The notes under the pieces: generated by a model | Seen by the model: only the letters and a program-made list of their open reading frames with translations | The model's database searches: none | What the model was told of the DNA's origin: nothing | Made by a program: the position numbers and the translations under genes | Assembly: GCA_973895155.1 (NCBI GenBank) | Contig: OZ316894.1 | Span: 13,370,828 to 13,434,827, forward strand | Direction of reading: 5' to 3' | Source of the DNA: Marsupella aquatica | Taxonomy: Eukaryota > Plantae > Marchantiophyta | Length of the DNA stretch: 64,000 nucleotides | Shown here: in pieces, positions 36,566 through 48,622 of the stretch | How positions within the stretch are numbered: the first letter of the stretch is position 1 | How the letters are laid out: each line of letters starts with the position of its first letter

Positions 36566-38131
36566 TTTTTTTCAATTTATTTAGATAATGACCACGAAAA
36601 CCCCGTGGCAAGGAAAAGCAGGAAGAATCTCACCACACCAATTCAGCAACCCCCAACCGGGAGGGCAAAGACAACAAGTGGTGAAGGCCCAATAGACCAG
36701 GCTGTCAACCCTATACTCGTGAACCACACATATCACCGAGCGAAAGCATAACTCACTAACTACATGCCCCAATGCTTAGCAGAGTTCTCAGCTAGATGTA
36801 ATCCAGATCTGTCGGCTGTTCAGCCAAACTATTCTTCCCGTATAAGTATCTCCTTCACTTGTAGCAATCTTGTGTGTCGCCTAGTTGGGGGCAAACACAG
36901 TCCCACCGCCAATGCATGGTCAGCCGCTTTTGAGAGAGTAAAACGAAGATCAAATGTCCTACAGCCATTGGACTGAAACATATGCACATTCCTACTCTGC
37001 CATAAGGACCAAATAATCTGATAGAAAATAAATAGCTTGGCAACTATGCTGTGGTCTTTCTTGGCTCAAGTAGCCTATCCGAGTAATCAGTAAAGGTACC
37101 TGAAAACAAGCTGCAACTAGTGACCACTTAACGTCGCTTGGCATGAGCACATTGCACAAAAAGATGGGAAATAGTTTCTACTTCTCCACTACACAGTTTA
37201 CAGTACCCCTTCTCCTTTATCAATGCGTCTGGCTCGCACACCAGTAAAGAGACCTGAAGCCAGTATCCTCCAAATAAACGTCTTAGCATGGGAGGACAGG
37301 TTAGAGTGCCACAATCCACTCCAACCTGCATTCCATTCACCTTTTGTCTCGTGCTATCCCAAGTATGATTCAGGCTTTTGTAGTCTCTAACAGGGGGGCG
37401 AATCAGCATGTACGCCCTCAGATTAGAGATCTTGAATATATTGATAGGATCATGCCTGTCAGCCCATCTCCAACAACGGGGACCAGTGACATAATTCATC
37501 CTGCAACCATCTATTGCACTGACCTTCCTTAAGAACTCCCTCCAACAAGCTTTCTCAAACAAAGTAAAGTCGCAAAGGTGTTCTAGTTGCTCATATAGAT
37601 TGCGCCATTCATTCCGTTTGGTAGACCATAAATCCTGGATGCCTCTAATACCCAGTCGGCCACACAACACAGTAACCACTTCAATTGGTATTGGGCCAAG
37701 ATTGGAAACCGATGAGAGAGCGGAGAGTGTCCATGGTATTCCACCTACCAGGCATCATATCACTGGGTGAAAAGATCAGGTGGGAACAAAGCTGAACCCA
37801 CGCTTTCCATAGTCCTCTAGTATATGCGATTCCATTAAAGGACCGAGGGCTACATAACAACATTTTATCCTGGAAGGAGTACTTATTCATGCGTATCCAC
37901 TTATAATTCATCCAACCCGCTAGTTTCAGATTTTCTGCAAAGAGACATGCCCATTCTGTATCCGGGCAATCCAAAGCCCTAGTGAACCATTTGGATAATA
38001 GAGTGTCGGAGTGGCTGCAAAAATCCTTTAGCCCGAGTCCCCCCTCCAGCCTAGGTCTGGCCATTCTAGCCCATGAAACAAGAGGGATTCTCTTGCCCCC
38101 TTCCGGAGTGTATCCCCACAAAAAGTCCCGG
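36566..38131 (-). mobile_element. LINE-A (L1-type) 3' part: ORF2 C-terminus, zf-RVT, 3' UTR and A-tail
   Basis: RDFLWG..GGKRIPLVSW..RPRLEGGLGLKDF, CKLCSGEVETISHLFVQC and IFYQIIWSLWQSRN to a stop at ~36829; aataaattgaaaaaaa tail. Homologous to 51190-52525. Confidence 0.88.
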
Positions 38132-39724
38132 TGTCGTCGGGGAAAATATTTGACAAATGAAGTGGAGTATGCTGGATCAGGTCGACTTGCTTTAAGTTCA
38201 GCTTGAGATGTATTAGTTATTTGGATGAGTAGTGAAAGAAACAAAACTGAGTTGAAGTTGAAAGGTAGTAAGACAAAAGAGGAATAAAAGAGCTATGGCT
38301 TTTAAAAAGCTTTTTGAGGGGAATTTTCTCCCGTTGACACGTGGTTGAATATGAGACTTTGAAGTTCATAAGGGCCATGAGGATGGAACGGTGATGCCTG
38401 CGATGGAGGTTTGGGTGAAAAGAAGAGAGAAATGGTCAAATGTGGGTGTGTGTCGTGGTGGTTATTGTTAGAAGACTTGGTCGATCTGTCAGGCGATGGG
38501 GGCAAAGTAGGTGGGATACTGAGGTTGGGGAAGGAATTCTGGAGGCGTATCGTGTATAGTTAGAGTGGAAGAAAGAAGGGAGACGACGAGCTTGGGCTGA
38601 GGAGTTATTTTGTTGTTATTATTATGGAGAAGATTGAAGTTTTTGAGTGAAGCGGAAACAATTGGCTGATGAAGGGCAGAAGAGACTGAAAACTTCTGGT
38701 GGCAAATAGAGTTGTTTGCGAGGCAGTTGCGGGAATGAATTTATTGAAGTTCAGGAGAGAAACAGCCAGATGTTTTCTTTTGAGGTGAGAAAAAATTGGA
38801 TCAAAGTCTGATAGAAAATGAGAATGGATCGTGAGAGGAATCGGGAAGTGTAGTGGAGAAGATTGCGTGTTGGAATACGGAGGACGATAGTACTATGAAG
38901 AATTGAAGAGGGTTACAAGAAAAGAGGAAAGGTAAATGAAATAGAGAACAAAAGGCAAAAATGAGGAATGGGAGGCTAAGGAGATCGATAAGGGAATTCT
39001 GAGGAATGCCCAAAAGGAGTTGAGAGCTATTAAAGAATGCTAGGGACGGACTGATGAGCTATCCACTGAATTAACGGAGCTGAATAAGTGTGCTGGCTGT
39101 ACTCGGGTCTGGAGGAGGGAAAGTTAGGATAGATTGATGGTTAAATAGGATGCTAAGTAGATTACTCCTTATTGAGGGAGTGCAACTATCGTGGTAAGAA
39201 GTGAAATCGAATTCAGTGTGGCTCGGAGAAGGAAGAAAATCTGGAACCTATTAGGGTTGGGAACGCAAGGAAAGAAGGGTGAAGAAGGAGGAAGATCCTT
39301 GTTTCCTCGGTAAACTTTACACTGGATTCTTGGTTTCCATAAGGCAAGTAAATTCAGAGTAGCAAGCGCATTAGGAGAAGAACTTGATTACACCCCGGAG
39401 TGTAATTGGTGATTAGAAGAAGCAAACACGACTGTAGCAGAAAAAGATTTCAAGTAAGCAATCGACCTGGGAGGACATCAGATCAGGCTGGTGGTGCAAA
39501 GACAAAGGGATTACTCATACAGGAAGAGAATTGGGTGGAGCAAGGATCGAGAAGGGCGGTGGAAGTGCCCTGGTGAGAGGTGGTGAAGAACGATTGAGCC
39601 TAGGGACTCGCTGACTTATGGAGATTACAAGATATAGTAAGCACATTACCCCTGTGGGTGGAAGGCGATCACAGTGATCGATAGTAGACTTACCAAAAAG
39701 TGTCGCACAAAGGACATACTTAAG

Positions 39725-39841
39725 CCCCATCTCATCCAATCGCCCCAAGGAATCCCCATCTCATCCAATCGCCCCAAGGAATCCCCAGTGCGACATTGGC
39801 GACCATACTGGGGATTCCTTGGGGCGATTGGATGAGATGGG
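39725..39841. repeat. 29-bp tandem duplication plus perfect 35-bp inverted repeat (39755-39789 / 39807-39841) around the Ty3 PBS
   Basis: cccatctcatccaatcgccccaaggaatccccagt, a 17-nt loop, then actggggattccttggggcgattggatgagatggg. Confidence 0.95.
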
Positions 39842-42800
39842 TGACTATGATGAAGTTGATCGGATCTCAAGCATCGTCATGTTGATGATGAGAACCATAA
39901 GGAAGGAAGAGCTTGAGGCGGAAAGGGCGAACAGGGAAGCGAATAGAACTACTCGGTGTCTCCAAGAGGTTCTGAAGGAGAATGGGCAGTTCAATGGGAG
40001 AAATGTGACAAGCTACCTTAAGTCTTACTTGACAAAAGGAGCTGTCTACAAGTTGGACGAAGGGACGGCGGTGAAAGAGTTCATGGTGCTGGTTGAGAAG
40101 GAGTTGAGTTCGACGGTGTGGACCATCGTTGAGTCAGCTAAGGGCTGGGATGACTTCGACCATAAGATGAAAGAGGAGTTCCAAGCAAAGGATGCTGATC
40201 GGGTCACGCAGGCTACCTTCTTGGATTGGGTGAATGATAGGAACAAGAAGCTGAAGGGGCCGCAAGAGCTCCTAAGGGAGTTCAAGAGAAAGGTGTCTCG
40301 GTTATCGAAGCGGGATGTGGGAATCATCAAGTTGCAGCGCTCGACGCTCTTCTTGAGGGCAGCCGATGAGGACCTTCGAGAGGAGCTTGAGAATGCGATG
40401 GAGTTGCTGGAACCTTCGAGAGTTACCTTGTCTAACGACTGGAACCAAATTGAGAAAGCGGTGTCAAAAGTGAGCAATTGACACCGGCGGCAAGAGCTAG
40501 ACAAGGAGGCTACCACTCTCGACCTAAGGCCGCCGGAACTGACATTGAGGAAAGGGAAGCGAGAACCAGCGAAGGATGAGATCAAACCATCGATGGATGA
40601 TCTCGCGGAAATGATGCAGAACTTGAAGATCTTGGTGGCACATGCAGTCGAGAATCCAAAACCAAGGGTTGCGAGTGCTCCCAAGCGGAAGCGAGAGTTG
40701 CAGAGTTGGCCATGCATATGATGCAACAACAAAGAGCATGACAAACGGGAGTTCCTGGACCTAAGGGAAGCTGCGGATAAAGGGCTGATCAAGTTCATTG
40801 GTGAAGTTGGTCAGAAAAAGATATTGTTTGCCGATACTGAGGAGCCGATTCCATTCAACTCCAACAAGGGAGGCATGAAGGCTTTGGCTGAGAAGCGAGC
40901 TGGGAAGCGAGTCAAAGAGGCTTCCTCTTTGCACCTGGAAGCGAATGTTTACAATGTGGAGTTGGATGGCCCCGTGATGGAAACAGACAAGTTTTACAAG
41001 CGCTTGGCGGATCTGGTGCAAGAGAGATCCGGATGGAGTGACCCGGTGCTGATCAATGCGATAACAATTGAGGTTGGGGCTAGTTGGGATGCCTCGGTCA
41101 AGTCAAAAAGGAAGAAAACCGACAAGGATGACACTTCGTCTCAATCAGGGGAACGAGAGAGGTGGGATACTAAGACAAGGAAAGAAGGGTTAGGTTCAAA
41201 GAAGAGGAAATGAGCGAGAAAGAGCCAGAGAAAGGGAAACCGATCAGGAAGGACCCGGGCTGGGTGCTTGGCAGGGATGTTGACCAGGCCATGTACCCGG
41301 AGGTTGTAGCTGAGAAGTTCTGGAGCCAACGGGCTCAAGGGTTTACCAATGCTGAGTTCTTTGGCAGGATGAGGCGGGAGATCCAGGAAGCGATCTTGGA
41401 GAGATCCAAGAGGAAACGGATTTACAAAGAGGGCCCTCACACCTTGATGGGGGAGGCTGGCAAGACGGAAATTGGGAGTTTCTGAACTTACACTGCTGGG
41501 GCATCCATGGGTCCAGGTAGCAAGCTTGCTGGCCCCGAAGAGTCAGACTTGGGGAAACCAAAGAGGGTCAAGTCCCTTGGAGGGGAGCTGATGGACGATG
41601 AGTTCTTTGATGCGGAAGAGGAGCTCATGGACTTGAACGATGAGTTCTTCGATGCGGAAGAGGAGCTCATGGGAACCGGAAGCGAAGCTGAGTCTGTGGC
41701 AAACAGGGACCCGACTGAAGGGAAAGAGCAAGAAGGCATTACCGCACAATCGAGGACCATTCATGTCATGCAATGAAAGGAAACGATTATGCTTACCGAG
41801 ATGGATATTGGGCTTGAGCAAGTCCGGAGAGCGAGTGCCAGTTAGAAGGAATGGAAGGCAAGGTGCGGGCACTCATTGATACTGGCTTGGAGATCAACTT
41901 GATGGATCCAAAGGTGTTTCAAAAGGGGAATTGGCCGGTGGATAATGAGTTGCTTTGGAGTGTGAACTCAGTGAGTTTGATGAAGGACTATCTTTGGGGC
42001 GGATGTCCGAATGTGATGGTGAAGTTCGGGAATGTCAAGCAGGCTTGTAACATTTTTGTTCATGAGCACTTGTCGTTTCCAGTGATACTAGGCATGTCGT
42101 TCATCACTGAATGGAGGATGGAGACGAAGGTTCTGGACGATACTACCTTCATGGTGAAGGTTCGGAGCAAAGATGGGAAAGAGGTGGTTCAATTTCCAGC
42201 TATTTTACTTGGAAACGAGAGGAATAGGAAAGGGTTGAGGACTCAGAGTGCTGACTCTGGTCCAGGTCCGGAAAACAACTTGGCACTTTGCTGAAAAGAG
42301 TGGATCGGTGGAGTGCTTGTTCCTTAGCTCCTTGTGAAGGGGAAAACACGATGGATAATGGAGAGGATGAGCCACTCAAATGTGCGGAGTCTAACTTGGG
42401 AAGGGACAAGCTGGAGAAGGAATTGGAAAGGCAGTACTCGTCTATGGTCGTGCTTGTATACTTGAGTACCAAATACAAGATGGTCGACAAGAAGGTGAGG
42501 CCGGCGGCGATACCTTTGCCGGACGATGCGATGGAGGTTATAGATCGAGCGAGATTGGAACCTAGGCTGAGGCCAACTGATCGGATAGGGCATAAGTTTA
42601 CTCAAGAGAGTTTGGCAAAGCTTAAGATTGGTTCGGATGGGTTACTTACGGAGGTGGAGCAAGTGGCATTTCAAAAGATGATAATGGAGCATGGCAAGGC
42701 ATTCTCGTTTTTGATTGAGGAGATTGGTTGTGCGGATCCGAGATGGTCATCTTTACTGTCCCTCATGTTCCGTGGGATCTGAAACCGATTTCGGTTCCAC

Positions 42801-45638
42801 GGGCTTTGGCTCCGAAGCTTGCGGAACTACTTAAGGAGAAGCTGAGTGCTAGGATTCTCGAGAGGTCTGATGCTCCCTACTCGAACAGATGGTTTACAAT
42901 GAGAAAGAAAAATGGAAGCTTGAGGTTCATTCAGGATATGCAACCTCCGAACAAGGTGACCATCAGGAATGTGGGAGTTGGGCCACTCGTGGATGAGTTT
43001 GCGGAGGAGTTCGCTGGGAGGGCGATCTACTCCATGGGTGATTTGTTTTTGGGTTACAACCAGTTCCAATTGGTGCAAGAGAGCCGAGACATTACGACTA
43101 TAAGGACCCCGTTGGGCCTCTTGAGGATGTGCACTCTTCCTCAAGGGGCGACAAACTCAGTAGCGCACATGCAAAATGCGATGAGTAAAATCTTGGAGCC
43201 GTTCATTCCGGAAAAAGCGAGACCGTTCATTGATGATGTCCCAATAAAGGGGTGCTTGGCTGAAGGGAAGGATGAGACCTTGAGGAGTGATGGGATCCGA
43301 CAGTTTGTGTGGGATCACATTGCTGATGTTAAGGCGGTTCTTGAGAAGCTGATTGATGTGGGAGTTACTCTTTCGGGGGAGAAGTCTGAATTCAGGATGA
43401 AAGAGGTGAAAGTTGTTGGGAAAATGTGCGGGTCTTATGGAAGGAAGTCGAACATGGACAAGGTGAGAGCTATTAGCAAGATGAAGGATTGCAAATCGGT
43501 GCCGGAAGTTTGGAGGTTTCTGGGTGCTTGTGACTTTTACAAGATCTGGATCCCTCACTTCTCGCACCTGGCGGACCCGCTCTATGAGCTGTTCAGGAAA
43601 AAGGTTAAGTGGAGATGGCTACCCGAGCATAGTGAAGCAATGGCTAAGCTTAAGAGCGCTCTCATGAGCCCGCAAGTTCTCCGAGTTGCGGACTATGAGA
43701 GCGGGCAACCACTGATCATGATTGTTGATAGAAGTCCATTTGCAGCTAGGTGGGCTGTTGGGCAAGATGGCGAGAATGGGGAAAGGTATGCGATCAGATT
43801 TGGGGAAAAAAATTTTACGGAAAGGCAAAGGAGATATGCCCAAGTTAAGAGGGAGCTTTGGGGTGCCAAAGTGGCACTCCATCAGGAGAGGAACTATTTG
43901 ATTGGGGCGCCGGTGGTGGTTGAGACTGATTGCCAATCGCTGTTGGGGATGATTGCGAATTGTGACACGCCTGACATAGCGATGCTCAGGTGGATCACTT
44001 TCATTCGGATGTTCAACCCTGAGCTAAGTCACATTGCGGGAAAGGACAATCCGGTTGCCGACATGCTATCAAGGGCGAGATTTGGAAATGAGGTAGCAAC
44101 AAGAGTTGGCAAGGTGACCGGAACCGAAAGTGTTGGAAGTCTAGAGTTCAAGGAAGAACTCTATTTGGGAGAGTTGCTGGATATCGGGCGTTACATTAGC
44201 ACTTTGGAGAAGCAACCAGAGTGGAGTTACCAAGAGTTTGTCAAGATCCGGAAGAGATCTTACAAGTTCCTATTGAGGGAGGGCTACTTGTGGCGAAGGC
44301 ATAAGGACCCAAGTCAGTTGTTGCAGAGGGTTGTGGATACTAAGGATGAGAAAGACCGAATTCTCAAAGAGTGCCATGATGCTGACATGGCTGGGCATTT
44401 GACTTACGAGAGGGTTCGGAAGCTGTACTGGTGGCCAGGTTTATACTTGGCCATCCGAGACTATGTCGAGACTTGCGAGATTTTCCAGTTTTACTCGAGG
44501 ATCCGACATAGGGATGGATTGGTTCCGACTTACCCCGTGGCTCTACACTTTCAATGGGCTGTTGATGTGATGTACATGCCAAGAGAGAGCAATGGGGCGA
44601 GATACTTGGTTTTGGCGAGAGAAGACTTGTCTTCTTATGTGGAAGGGAGAGCGTTGGTTTCAAACACTACTGCTGCGGTTTGCCAATTCATACTTGAGGA
44701 TATCATTGCAAGGCATGGATGCTTTACAAGGATCAGAGCTGATAGGGGGGAGCTCAGCTCCAAGGAAGCGCAAGAGTTTTTCGACCAATACCGCATCAAA
44801 CTGAAGCTGACTTCGAGTTACAATCCGGAAGGCAATGGGAAATCTGAAAGGGGGCATATTCAGATTGTGAGCGCTTTGGCTAAGGCTTGTGATGGGGACT
44901 TGGGCAGGTGGTCGAGTCTCTTTCCACTTGCTTTGTTAGCGGATCGGATGACTTGTAGCTCAGTGACCGGATATGTTCCGGTTGAGCTACTTACTGGGCA
45001 CTTGCCGATGATGCTGCTCGAGGAAGATGTTTGCAGCTGGCGACTGATTGGTTGGAAAGATGAAGTTTTGAGAGAGGAGTACGTTGCTGGCTCAAAGGAT
45101 CGAACACTTCAACTTGTTACCTGCGAAGATTGAGGTGGCTCGGAAGCAATTGAAGATGGCGAGGTTAAGGAACAAGGGCAGGTTCGACAAGACTCATCGG
45201 TTGAGGCCTGTCTTGGTTAAGGAAGGGGATTGGGTTCTGGTTTACGAAAGTAAGTTGGACGAGCAACACTTGAGCCAAAACAAGTTTGCTCGGAGGTGGC
45301 AAGGTCTGTATGTGGTGGTTGCTATTCATGCGAATGCGACCTACACTATTCGGGAGTTGGATGGAATAGTTCACCAAGTACCTTACACAGGGAAAAGGGT
45401 GAAGATCTTCAAGAGGAGGACCGAGAAGGGAATGGACTCAAGTTCTGACTTGAGTGAATTTGAAGACAAGGCACTGGTCCAGGCGCATCCGTTGGACTTG
45501 AGTTTTGAAAGTGGCTTGACGGGGTCTGATTCAGATGAGTTGGACTTCGAGTTTCTGGAAAGTGGAGTGCCTAAGGCCGAGTCTGAAGGCTTTGGGTTGA
45601 GTTTCTTGAGGAGGAAGTGGTCCAGGCGCATGGCTTGA
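39837..45638 (+). pseudogene. Ty3/gypsy gag-pol with stops and frameshifts
   Basis: Gag FNGRNVTSYL; protease ALIDTG; RT LPQGATNSVAH and FIDD; RNase H YAQVKRELWG and ETDC; integrase H..GH..C zinc finger, WAVDVM, RADRGEL and YNPEGNGKSERGH. Confidence 0.92.
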
Positions 45639-45712
45639 GTTCGGACTCAGACTTAAAGGAAATCTGATGGATTGGAGCAGACCGGAGGCTGCTCAGGTTT
45701 ACTGGGGGAGGA

Positions 45713-46526
45713 TGTCGTGCTGAAAGATTTTGGCTCAGGAATGACTTTTATAGGGGATGATGGGCGAGGCCTCCTAGTTGGGTTGCGTGCATGCTGACTC
45801 GGAGGGGCTGCTTGGTTGGATGGATTGAGGTTTGGTGATTGGGTGACTCGTCGTCACCAGGTTTGGTGTTTGGGTGAGTCACCAGGCTTGGAGTTTGGAT
45901 GAGCCTTGCTGATGACAGTTGGTTCAGGTTGGATGGTTGGGTTTCCGATGCTACTTAAGACTTGAGCCTTGGCTCATTGAGGTTGGCGGTTGTCTATTGA
46001 GATCTGTTGAGTTTCGTTCTGTGAGTTCCGCTCCGTTCTGCGGAACTCGACTGTTGTGCGGCGGTTTTGGAGTTCTGGGCGAGTGTTGGATCCAGGTAAG
46101 GAGTTTTTGATCCAGGCGGGGATTTCTCAAGTTTGGAGCCTCGTCGATCCAAGCAGGGATTTCTCAAGTTTGGAGCCTTGTTGGTCCAGGCCCGAGTTTT
46201 GTGAGAGCTGTTTTAGACTAGTGGAGTAGCTAGTCAAGTTTTGGTTTTGTGAGCTAAGGAGGAGAGTTTTTCCGTCAGATTTTTGAGTAGATAGTCACTC
46301 AAGGAGTTCAGCTCGACAAGTTAGAAGTAGCGGCCCACCGTAGGGCCAGCTACCAGACTCTTGCGGGCAAGCTTACTCAAGGGCACCCATTGTAACCTTT
46401 GTGAGAAAAGTAAAAAAATAATAAAGGAGTGAGAGTTCGCTCCAAAAAGTGCTTGTTGCCTGTCCCAATCGCAGCCAGAAACGCGCAGTTTGCCCAAGGA
46501 GCCCCTAACTTTAAGTCCTCGTGACA
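45713..46526 (+). repeat. 3' LTR of the Ty3/gypsy element (814 bp)
   Basis: TGTCGTG...CGTGACA directly after the PPT; homologous to the solo LTR at 18174-19005. Confidence 0.9.
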
Positions 46527-47052
46527 ACGACAGATGCTCGGGATTTGGAATCTCTAAACAGTGCGGGAGGTTCCTAGCCAGGATGCTCGGGCCGCATCCT
46601 GTTCTTGACCTACTTTGATTCATTCTACTGGATGAGGGAGATTTGATGACAAAATACAGAGTTGGTATGGTCTCAAACCTTCTGGAATGGAGAGAGATGG
46701 ATTTACAAGGTGGGACTCTCAGTGTTCGCGAGATAATCGCGAGATGGATGTGCTGGAAGATAGGATGGATGAGCCTACTTTGGAAAAATTTTAGGATGAC
46801 ATTGGTGACCGCTGCGAGCTTGAGCCTAGAAGTACAGGGGACAATTGCTACAAGGGATCGGTCCACAAGGAGGCTGAACTGGTTCAGCGAATGGTTGGCG
46901 CTGCAAAAGAGAAAGAGATTGCTGCTTGTATCCCAATTCTTAGAAGGATCTGAGATCTTTCTATTCAAGAATGGCCCTCAAAGCTGCATACCAAAATTCA
47001 GTGGTCGCTGGAGGAGGCAACAGAGACCGTAACGGAACTTTTCAATTGCACA

Positions 47053-47664
47053 ATGATGTGCTATTTCACAGACAGAGCCCCCATGCTTCCGACCTTCAAA
47101 TTATGGGTGAACAAGACATTTGTGAATGAAATGAATTGGCTGGTTTCCCAAGTTAAATTTGTGGGGAAAAGTTTCTACATGGTCACTTTCAGAGACCCTG
47201 CACATAGAGACTTTGCTTTGGTTGGCGCCCCGTGGTTCCTAGATAGGAAGTTTGTATTCACCTTCCCCTTGGATCCGTCTTTTGACATCAGGAGCAAATC
47301 CTATACAATGTTGCCAGTTTGGATTGAAATTCCTTTTAGAGCCCTAATCTTGGAGCCCTGCCGGAGGAAGCTGGCTGCTTCCTTGGGAGACATACTACAT
47401 TATATCCAGGGTGATGACCTCAGCTCTTACCCACATGATCAAGCTTGTGTGCTTTGGGACACACATAGAGAAGTGCCACAGAGTGTGGAAGTGGAGATTC
47501 AGGATGGTCTGTCAATTTGGCAACCGGTGACATTCAAAAATATCCCATTCCATTGTTTCAAATGCGGTAAAAAGGGGCATTTGGCTCGAGAGTGCAGGGC
47601 AGCAGAAGATTATGAGCCAGTGGGCCCCCTGTATCTACAACGGACAACATCCCCGTTGCTGTGA
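47053..47664 (+). pseudogene. LINE-B ORF1 core (DUF4283-like plus CCHC zinc knuckle)
   Basis: FYMVTF...APWFLD...LPVWIEIP...CFKCGKKGHLAREC. Confidence 0.88.
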
Positions 47665-48622
47665 ATACTGAAGTTCCTCTTGCTGAGGCTGAAACTCCTC
47701 GAGACTTGCCCCCGACTGTTATTCCTACGATGGCTATAACAGTGGCCCCGACAATGATAAATCAGGATGTGCCCCCGCCCATTATTTCTGTTGAGACTGT
47801 CGATGTCGTAAAGGAGGCCCCAATTATTCTACTCCCACTAGGTTACACACTTCCGGCTGTGGAAATAAGGGAACAACCAATACTGTTTGGGTAGGTGACA
47901 GTGGATGAGGTGAACCCACATCTGGTAACACTGACAGAGAATGGGGAACGACGGGGGAAGTGGATCACCCTGGGGAACACACGACATTAGTTCTTTCACT
48001 TCGGGACAAAATCCCTCGGGTCATATAGGATTTGCAAGCAATGGTCCTCCCACTGGTTACTACTACCACGGAGGGGAGCAATGTAATTGTGAATGAAATG
48101 GTGACTAAGGATCCAATTACTATCACAGAAGCAGGTGAACCGGCCCTTACCTTGGAGGATGGTGACAGAGAACCTATCTCGGCTTCTGAACCACCTTCAG
48201 ATATGGAGTTGTCTGAATTTGAGGGGTTTATCGCACGAACGGAACTTACGAGAGAGCGTACCCGGAAGTTGGCGAAAAGATCTCCCCCTGAAGACAAAAA
48301 GAAAGAAAAGGGGAAAAAAGGCAAGGAACCATCGTTCCTTACACTTTGTTTCTGTTGCAAAGGTGCAGGATGCTGAAGGATGGTCTACCCCGGAGAAGAA
48401 ACTGAAAGGTGATCCGTGAAGGAGCTCAGAGGGAGCTACGGCTCTACTGACGGTCAAAACGCAGGCACAAGGGAAATTATCACTGTTAATTAATGAAAAG
48501 AAACTTGTGGATCCAGAGATGAATTGTCCTGGGGCTGACCTGGGCACCCCGCTCTGAGGTGGGGTGCGAATAGGGGCTCCACCTTGAGAGGTAGTGAGTT
48601 GGAGTGGTAAAGTTGACTTCTA

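Larger units (their letters stand above)
39790..46526 (+). mobile_element. Ty3/gypsy LTR retrotransposon lacking its 5' LTR
   Basis: Residual LTR end GCGACA, PBS TGGCGACCATACTGGGGA (39797-39814, tRNA-Arg-like), gag-PR-RT-RH-INT order, PPT gggggagga (45704-45712), 3' LTR at 45713-46526. Confidence 0.9.

Noticed and set aside
36600-36830. WLNS-like motif as the Ulp1 N-terminal part
   Set aside because: It falls in the LINE-A 3' UTR, after the ORF2 stop.
40046-44857. Antisense ORFs over gag-pol (also 14756-15292 and 11567-11896 over PHOT exons)
   Set aside because: Shadow frames of real coding sequence.
18174-46526. The LTRs at 18174 and 45713 as the two ends of one giant element
   Set aside because: They are visibly diverged, the first has its own TSD and no PBS after it, and the outer flanks do not match.
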